Virus record (IMG/VR): IMGVR_UViG_2721755712_000001
DNA length: 64,000 bases
DNA from: a virus
Lineage: Duplodnaviria > Heunggongvirae > Uroviricota > Caudoviricetes
Strand: one strand, 5' to 3'
Under the pieces are notes generated by a model. The model did no database searches, was not told the DNA's origin, and worked only from the letters and a program-made list of their open reading frames with translations. Both the position numbers and the translations under genes were made by a program. Below, piece after piece: positions 57,946-64,000 of this stretch (positions within the stretch are counted from its first letter, which is position 1; the number at the start of each line of letters is the position of its first letter).

Positions 57946-59508
57946 ATGAAAATGACAAGTATTCAACAACGTGCAGAGCTTCATCGCCAGATCTGGCAAA
58001 TTGCTAACGATGTCAGGGGTTCAGTCGATGGATGGGATTTTAAGCAGTACGTTTTGGGCGCGCTTTTTTACCGTTTTATCAGCGAAAATTTTTCCAGTTA
58101 TATTGAAGCCGGTGATGACAGTATCTGTTATGCGAAACTGGATGACAGCGTAATTACTGATGACATTAAAGACGATGCCATCAAAACTAAAGGCTACTTC
58201 ATCTACCCCAGTCAGCTTTTCTGCAACGTAGCTGCGAAAGCAAATACTAATGACAGACTGAATGCAGATTTAAACAGCATCTTCGTTGCTATCGAAAGTT
58301 CTGCTTACGGTTATCCTTCAGAAGCTGACATCAAAGGTTTGTTTGCTGATTTCGATACCACCAGTAACCGCCTGGGTAACACCGTTAAAGATAAAAATGC
58401 CCGCTTGGCTGCGGTTCTGAAAGGGGTTGAAGGGCTAAAACTTGGTGACTTCCATGAACATCAGATTGACCTGTTCGGTGACGCCTATGAGTTCCTGATT
58501 TCTAACTATGCGGCGAATGCCGGTAAGTCCGGCGGCGAGTTCTTTACACCGCAGCACGTCTCTAAGCTGATTGCACAACTGGCTATGCACGGGCAGACCC
58601 ACGTTAACAAAATCTACGACCCGGCAGCAGGCTCCGGTTCGCTGTTGTTGCAGGCGAAAAAACAGTTTGATGACCATATCATCGAAGAAGGTTTTTTTGG
58701 TCAGGAAATCAACCATACGACCTATAACCTGGCGCGTATGAACATGTTTTTGCACAACATCAACTACGACAAGTTTGATATCAAGCTGGGTAATACACTG
58801 ACTGAGCCGCACTTCAGAGATGAAAAACCGTTTGATGCCATCGTTTCTAACCCGCCGTATTCGGTGAAATGGATTGGCAGCGATGACCCGACGCTGATTA
58901 ACGATGAACGTTTTGCCCCGGCTGGCGTTCTGGCCCCCAAATCCAAAGCTGACTTTGCGTTTGTATTACATGCGCTGAACTATCTTTCGGCCAAAGGTCG
59001 CGCTGCGATTGTCTGCTTCCCAGGCATTTTTTACCGTGGCGGCGCGGAGCAGAAAATCCGTCAGTATCTGGTCGACAATAACTATGTCGAAACCGTGATT
59101 TCACTGGCACCGAATCTGTTCTTTGGCACCACTATTGCCGTCAATATTCTGGTGCTGTCTAAACATAAAACGGATACCAAAGTTCAGTTTATTGATGCCA
59201 GCGAACTGTTCAAAAAAGAGACTAACAACAACATTCTGACCGATGCTCATATCGAACAGATTATGCAGGTATTTGCCAGCAAGGAAGATGTTGCTCATCT
59301 GGCGAAATCTGTTGCGTTTGAGACTGTTGTCGCGAATGACTATAACCTGTCGGTGAGCAGCTATGTGGAAGCGAAAGATACTCGCGAAATTATCGATATC
59401 GCTGAGCTGAATGCTGAGCTGAAAACCACGGTCAGCAAAATCGACCAGTTGCGTAAAGATATTGATGCGATTGTTGCTGAGATTGAAGGTAGCGAGGTAC
59501 AGGCATGA
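57946..59508 (+). CDS. hsdM: type I restriction-modification system methyltransferase subunit (type IC, EcoR124-like)
   Basis: 520 aa, [26 protein letters not shown]...; N6-adenine MTase motifs (NPPY in SNPPYS, AdoMet motif DPAAGSGS); near-identical to EcoR124I HsdM as recalled. Confidence 0.95.
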   Translation: MKMTSIQQRAELHRQIWQIANDVRGSVDGWDFKQYVLGALFYRFISENFSSYIEAGDDSICYAKLDDSVITDDIKDDAIKTKGYFIYPSQLFCNVAAKANTNDRLNADLNSIFVAIESSAYGYPSEADIKGLFADFDTTSNRLGNTVKDKNARLAAVLKGVEGLKLGDFHEHQIDLFGDAYEFLISNYAANAGKSGGEFFTPQHVSKLIAQLAMHGQTHVNKIYDPAAGSGSLLLQAKKQFDDHIIEEGFFGQEINHTTYNLARMNMFLHNINYDKFDIKLGNTLTEPHFRDEKPFDAIVSNPPYSVKWIGSDDPTLINDERFAPAGVLAPKSKADFAFVLHALNYLSAKGRAAIVCFPGIFYRGGAEQKIRQYLVDNNYVETVISLAPNLFFGTTIAVNILVLSKHKTDTKVQFIDASELFKKETNNNILTDAHIEQIMQVFASKEDVAHLAKSVAFETVVANDYNLSVSSYVEAKDTREIIDIAELNAELKTTVSKIDQLRKDIDAIVAEIEGSEVQA

Positions 59509-60752
59509 GCGAGCTGAGTTATCTGGAAAAACTGCTGGATGGGGCTGAGGTTGAGTGGGTAGCATTAAATAAATTAGCAACTTTTTTAAAAGGGAAGTCT
59601 TTACCTAAAGAAAAAATAACTCCAGATGGCAATAGATATTGTATTCATTACGGTGAGCTTTTCACTCATTATGGTCCCATAATTGACAAAGTATGCTCAA
59701 AAACAAACCAAGCAATCAATGAGTCAATTCTATCTGAAAAAAATGATGTTCTAATGCCAACGTCAGACGTTACACCAAGAGGTTTGGCTACAGCTAGTTG
59801 CATTCAAGAAAGTGGCGTTATTTTAGGCGGCGATATTTTGATTATTAGATGCTCTGGTGTTGATGGTAGATATCTAAGTAATTTCATAATAAATAACAAA
59901 AAAAAGATATTGCAAATGGTTAAAGGTTCTACTGTTTATCATTTGTATGCTAAAGATATAGGTAAATTACTTATCCCCATCCCTTGCCCCAACAACCCGG
60001 AAAAGTCGCTGGCTATCCAGTCTGAAATCGTCAGGATTCTGGATAAATTTACTGCGCTTACCGCTGAGCTTACCGCTGAGCTTAGCATGCGTAAAAAACA
60101 ATACAACTACTATCGCGACCAGTTGTTGAGTTTTAAAGAGGGTGAGGTTGAGTGGAAAGCTTTGGGGGAAATTGGTGAAGTTCGTATGTGTAAACGAATC
60201 CTAAAATCACAAACATCTTCTGAGGGAGAGATTCCATTTTATAAAATTGGGACATTTGGTAAGGAACCCGATTCCTATATATCTAGAAAACTATTTAATG
60301 AATTTAAAGAAAAATATAGTTATCCTAAAGTTGGCGAAGTATTGATTTCTGCCAGTGGGACCATCGGCAGGACTGTTATATTTGATGGTAGGGAATCATA
60401 TTTCCAGGATAGCAATATTGTCTGGATTGAAAATAATGAAAAAATAGTTTTAAATAAATATTTATTCTATTTCTATAAAATAGCAAAATGGGGAATATCT
60501 GAAGGTGGAACTATTAAAAGACTTTATAATGATAACTTAAGAAAACTTATGATACCAGTACCATTTCCTGATTCTCCTGAAAGATCGCTAGTTGAACAAC
60601 AAAAAATAGTGAAATTACTGGATAAATTTGATGCTTTGACCAATTCCATCACCGAAGGTCTTCCGCGTGAAATCGAGTTGCGCCAGAAACAATACGAGTA
60701 CTATCGTGATTTACTGTTCAGTTTTCCCAAACCTGAAACTATCAGTAACTAA
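59505..60752 (+). CDS. hsdS: type I R-M specificity subunit (type IC) with two TAEL repeats in the central spacer
   Basis: 415 aa; two target-recognition domains with AT-rich codon usage; central conserved region with LTAELTAEL (12-bp tandem repeat at 60056-60079); ATGA overlap with hsdM. Confidence 0.9.
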   Translation: MSELSYLEKLLDGAEVEWVALNKLATFLKGKSLPKEKITPDGNRYCIHYGELFTHYGPIIDKVCSKTNQAINESILSEKNDVLMPTSDVTPRGLATASCIQESGVILGGDILIIRCSGVDGRYLSNFIINNKKKILQMVKGSTVYHLYAKDIGKLLIPIPCPNNPEKSLAIQSEIVRILDKFTALTAELTAELSMRKKQYNYYRDQLLSFKEGEVEWKALGEIGEVRMCKRILKSQTSSEGEIPFYKIGTFGKEPDSYISRKLFNEFKEKYSYPKVGEVLISASGTIGRTVIFDGRESYFQDSNIVWIENNEKIVLNKYLFYFYKIAKWGISEGGTIKRLYNDNLRKLMIPVPFPDSPERSLVEQQKIVKLLDKFDALTNSITEGLPREIELRQKQYEYYRDLLFSFPKPETISN

Positions 60753-60873
60753 TTGACCATTGCTACCGACCGGATCACCTTAACATCCGGTCTATATAGA
60801 GACTATTTTTTACACGCCGGAAGTCGCCCTTAAAGCCCTTCCGGCCCTTGCCAGACGGCACAAAGGATGCGCT

Positions 60874-63800
60874 ATGACTCATCAGACACACACCATTGCT
60901 GAATCCAATAACTTTATCGTTCTTGATAAGTACATCAAAGCCGAGCAAACAGGCGACAGCTACCAGAGCGAATCGGACCTGGAACGTGAACTGATTCAGG
61001 ATCTGCGGAATCAGGGCTATGAATTTATTTCCGTAAAATCTCAGTCGGCGATGCTGGCCAACGTTCGGGAACAGCTTCAGAACCTCAATGGTGTGGTGTT
61101 TAATGACAGCGAATGGCGGCGTTTCACGGAGCAGTATCTGGATAACCCGAGCGATGGCATCCTGGATAAGACCCGTAAAATCCATATCGACTATATTTGC
61201 GACTTTATTTTTGATGACGAGCGTCTTGAGAACATCTATTTGATAGATAAAAAGAATCTCATGCGCAACAAGGTGCAGATTATCCAGCAGTTTGAACAGA
61301 CGGGTTCTCATGCTAACCGTTATGACGTCACGATCCTGGTTAATGGCTTACCGCTGGTACAAATCGAACTGAAAAAGCGCGGCGTGGCGATTCGTGAGGC
61401 CTTTAACCAGATACATCGTTACAGCAAAGAGAGTTTTAACAGCGAAAATTCTCTGTTTAAGTATCTGCAACTGTTTGTCATTTCCAACGGCACCGATACC
61501 CGTTACTTTGCCAACACGACAAAGCGCGATAAAAACAGTTTTGACTTCACCATGAATTGGGCGAAATCAGACAACACGCTGATTAAAGACCTCAAAGACT
61601 TTACCGCCACCTTTTTCCAGAAACATACCCTGCTTAATGTCTTAGTGAACTACAGCGTATTCGATGTTAGCCAAACGCTACTGGTGATGCGACCGTACCA
61701 GATTGCCGCCACTGAGCGCATTCTGTGGAAAATTAAGAGTTCCTTTACAGCGAAGAACTGGTCAAAACCGGAAAGCGGTGGGTATATCTGGCACACTACC
61801 GGTTCAGGTAAAACCCTCACCAGCTTTAAAGCCGCGCGTCTGGCAACAGAGCTGGACTTTATTGATAAAGTCTTCTTCGTGGTCGACAGGAAAGACCTCG
61901 ATTACCAGACCATGAATGAATATAAGCGTTTTTCGCCAGACAGCGTCAACGGCTCGGAAAATACCGCAGGTCTTAAACGCAATCTGGATAAGGACGATAA
62001 CAAAATTATCGTCACCACTATTCAGAAACTTAATAACCTGATGAAAGCAGAAAGCGACCTGCCTGTATACAATCAGCAAGTGGTGTTTATATTTGATGAA
62101 TGTCACCGCAGCCAGTTTGGAGAAGCGCAGAAAAACCTGAAGAAGAAATTCAAACGCTATTATCAGTTTGGTTTTACCGGCACACCTATTTTCCCGGAAA
62201 ACGCCTTAGGCTCAGAAACGACCGCCAGCGTATTTGGTCGTGAATTGCATTCGTATGTAATTACCGATGCGATTCGTGATGAAAAAGTGCTCAAATTCAA
62301 GGTGGACTACAACGATGTGCGGCCACAGTTTAAATCTTTAGAGACAGAAACCGACGAGAAAAAACTGAGTGCGGCTGAAAATCAGCAGGCATTTCTTCAT
62401 CCCATGCGTATACAGGAAATTACGCAATATATTCTGAATAACTTCCGCCAGAAGACCCACCGTACTTTCCCAGGTTCCAAAGGCTTTAATGCCATGCTGG
62501 CAGTGAGTAGCGTGGATGCCGCGAAAGCCTATTACGCGACGTTTAAACGGTTACAAGAGGAAGCAGCTAATAAATCGGCTACCTATAAACCGCTGCGTGT
62601 TGCAACAATCTTCTCCTTTGCCGCCAATGAAGAACAAAATGCCATTGGTGAAATTTCCGATGAAACTTTTGATACCAGCGCAATGGACAGCAGTGCTAAA
62701 GAGTTTCTTGACGCTGCAATTCGTGAGTATAACAGCTATTTTAAAACTAACTTCAGCACCGACAGTAACGGTTTTCAGAACTACTATCGTGATTTAGCCC
62801 AACGGGTTAAAAATCAGGATATCGATCTGTTAATTGTCGTTGGGATGTTTTTAACCGGCTTCGACGCTCCAACATTGAACACGCTATTCGTCGATAAAAA
62901 CTTGCGTTTTCACGGCCTGATGCAGGCATTCTCCCGTACCAACCGCATTTATGACGCTACTAAAACCTTCGGTAACATCGTCACTTTTCGGGATCTGGAA
63001 CGCTCAACCATTGATGCCATAACGCTGTTTGGTGATAAAAATACTAAAAATGTGGTGTTAGAAAAGAGTTATGCTGAGTATATGGAAGGCTTTACAGATG
63101 CTGCCACTGGTGAAGCTAAACGCGGCTTTATGGCAGTAGTTTCAGAACTGGAACAACGGTTCCCTGACCCTGCCAGTATTGAAAGTGAAAAAGAGAAGAA
63201 AGACTTCGTAAAACTGTTTGGTGAATACCTGCGTGCCGAGAACATCCTGCAAAACTATGATGAATTTGCCACGCTGAAAGCCCTGCAACAAATCGATCTT
63301 AGCGATCCTGTTGCGGTAGAAAAATTCAAAGCAGAACATTATGTGGATGATGAAAAGTTCGCTGAATTGCAAACAATTCGTCTCCCTGCTGAACGCAAGA
63401 TTCAGGATTATCGTTCTGCCTATAACGATATTCGCGACTGGCAGCGCCGTGAGAAAGAAGCTGAGAAAAAAGAGAAATCAACCACTGACTGGGATGACGT
63501 AGTTTTTGAGGTCGATTTGCTGAAGTCTCAGGAAATAAACCTGGATTATATCCTTGGACTGATTTTCGAACACAACAGACAAAATAAAGGCAAGGGCGAA
63601 ATGATCGAAGAGGTCAAACGCTTAATTCGTTCAAGCCTGGGGAACCGGGCGAAAGAGGGCCTGGTGGTCGATTTTATTCAGCAAACGAACCTGGATGATT
63701 TACCAGACAAAGCCAGTATCATTGAGGCATTCTTTACGTTTGCTCAACGCGAACAGCAACGTGAAGCAGAAGCATTGATAAAAGAAGAAAATCTCAATGA

Positions 63801-63990
63801 AGAGGCGGCGAAACGCTATATTCGCACGTCTTTAAAACGCGAATACGCCACCGAAAATGGCACAGAATTAAACGAGACATTACCAAAACTTAGTCCGTTA
63901 AACCCGCAATATAAAACGAAAAAACAGACCGTTTTCCAGAAAATCGTCACGTTTATTGAAAAGTTCAAAGGAGTAGGTGGACAGATATAG
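60874..63990 (+). CDS. hsdR: type I R-M restriction endonuclease/translocase subunit (type IC, EcoR124-like)
   Basis: 1038 aa; SF2 motor motifs (GSGKT Walker A, DECHRSQ DEAH-like) and N-terminal nuclease region; length and sequence match EcoR124I HsdR as recalled. Confidence 0.95.
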   Translation: MTHQTHTIAESNNFIVLDKYIKAEQTGDSYQSESDLERELIQDLRNQGYEFISVKSQSAMLANVREQLQNLNGVVFNDSEWRRFTEQYLDNPSDGILDKTRKIHIDYICDFIFDDERLENIYLIDKKNLMRNKVQIIQQFEQTGSHANRYDVTILVNGLPLVQIELKKRGVAIREAFNQIHRYSKESFNSENSLFKYLQLFVISNGTDTRYFANTTKRDKNSFDFTMNWAKSDNTLIKDLKDFTATFFQKHTLLNVLVNYSVFDVSQTLLVMRPYQIAATERILWKIKSSFTAKNWSKPESGGYIWHTTGSGKTLTSFKAARLATELDFIDKVFFVVDRKDLDYQTMNEYKRFSPDSVNGSENTAGLKRNLDKDDNKIIVTTIQKLNNLMKAESDLPVYNQQVVFIFDECHRSQFGEAQKNLKKKFKRYYQFGFTGTPIFPENALGSETTASVFGRELHSYVITDAIRDEKVLKFKVDYNDVRPQFKSLETETDEKKLSAAENQQAFLHPMRIQEITQYILNNFRQKTHRTFPGSKGFNAMLAVSSVDAAKAYYATFKRLQEEAANKSATYKPLRVATIFSFAANEEQNAIGEISDETFDTSAMDSSAKEFLDAAIREYNSYFKTNFSTDSNGFQNYYRDLAQRVKNQDIDLLIVVGMFLTGFDAPTLNTLFVDKNLRFHGLMQAFSRTNRIYDATKTFGNIVTFRDLERSTIDAITLFGDKNTKNVVLEKSYAEYMEGFTDAATGEAKRGFMAVVSELEQRFPDPASIESEKEKKDFVKLFGEYLRAENILQNYDEFATLKALQQIDLSDPVAVEKFKAEHYVDDEKFAELQTIRLPAERKIQDYRSAYNDIRDWQRREKEAEKKEKSTTDWDDVVFEVDLLKSQEINLDYILGLIFEHNRQNKGKGEMIEEVKRLIRSSLGNRAKEGLVVDFIQQTNLDDLPDKASIIEAFFTFAQREQQREAEALIKEENLNEEAAKRYIRTSLKREYATENGTELNETLPKLSPLNPQYKTKKQTVFQKIVTFIEKFKGVGGQI

Positions 63991-64000
63991 TGTATTAATC

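Noticed and set aside
60753-60873. Possible extra gene (for example an anticodon nuclease as in prr loci) between hsdS and hsdR
   Set aside because: The gap is only 121 bp with no ORF; it most likely holds just the hsdR promoter.

Overview
The first ~53.4 kb of this window is a siphovirus-type prophage or phage-plasmid-like element, read almost entirely on the minus strand. It abuts chromosomal metG and apbC (mrp), which are followed by a LexA-controlled umuD'-like gene and an EcoR124-like type IC restriction-modification operon (hsdM-hsdS-hsdR). The element carries a lambda-like tail module (V, G/T, tape measure, M, L, K, I, J), an Stf-like side tail fibre, a lysis cassette, a head/packaging module (terS, terL, portal, scaffold, capsid, Ig-like decoration), a DnaB-like helicase and primase, and a UvsW-like SF2 helicase. 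It also carries plasmid-style functions: a ParA partition pair, a DUF1778/GNAT toxin-antitoxin pair, iteron-like direct-repeat clusters and an 800-bp GT-skewed non-coding tract. An IS100 copy (1954 bp, 5-bp target duplication CCGTC) splits one phage gene. Two recurrent intergenic motif families and a duplicated 55-bp palindrome look like an element-specific regulatory code. The most interesting unexplained unit is a tightly coupled five-gene cassette (two ParB-like proteins, an ABC-type ATPase, a GNAT-like protein, a small wHTH protein) directly upstream of terS. No integrase, tRNA or CRISPR array was seen. All calls rest on by-eye translation and motif recognition; protein identities quoted from memory need database confirmation.
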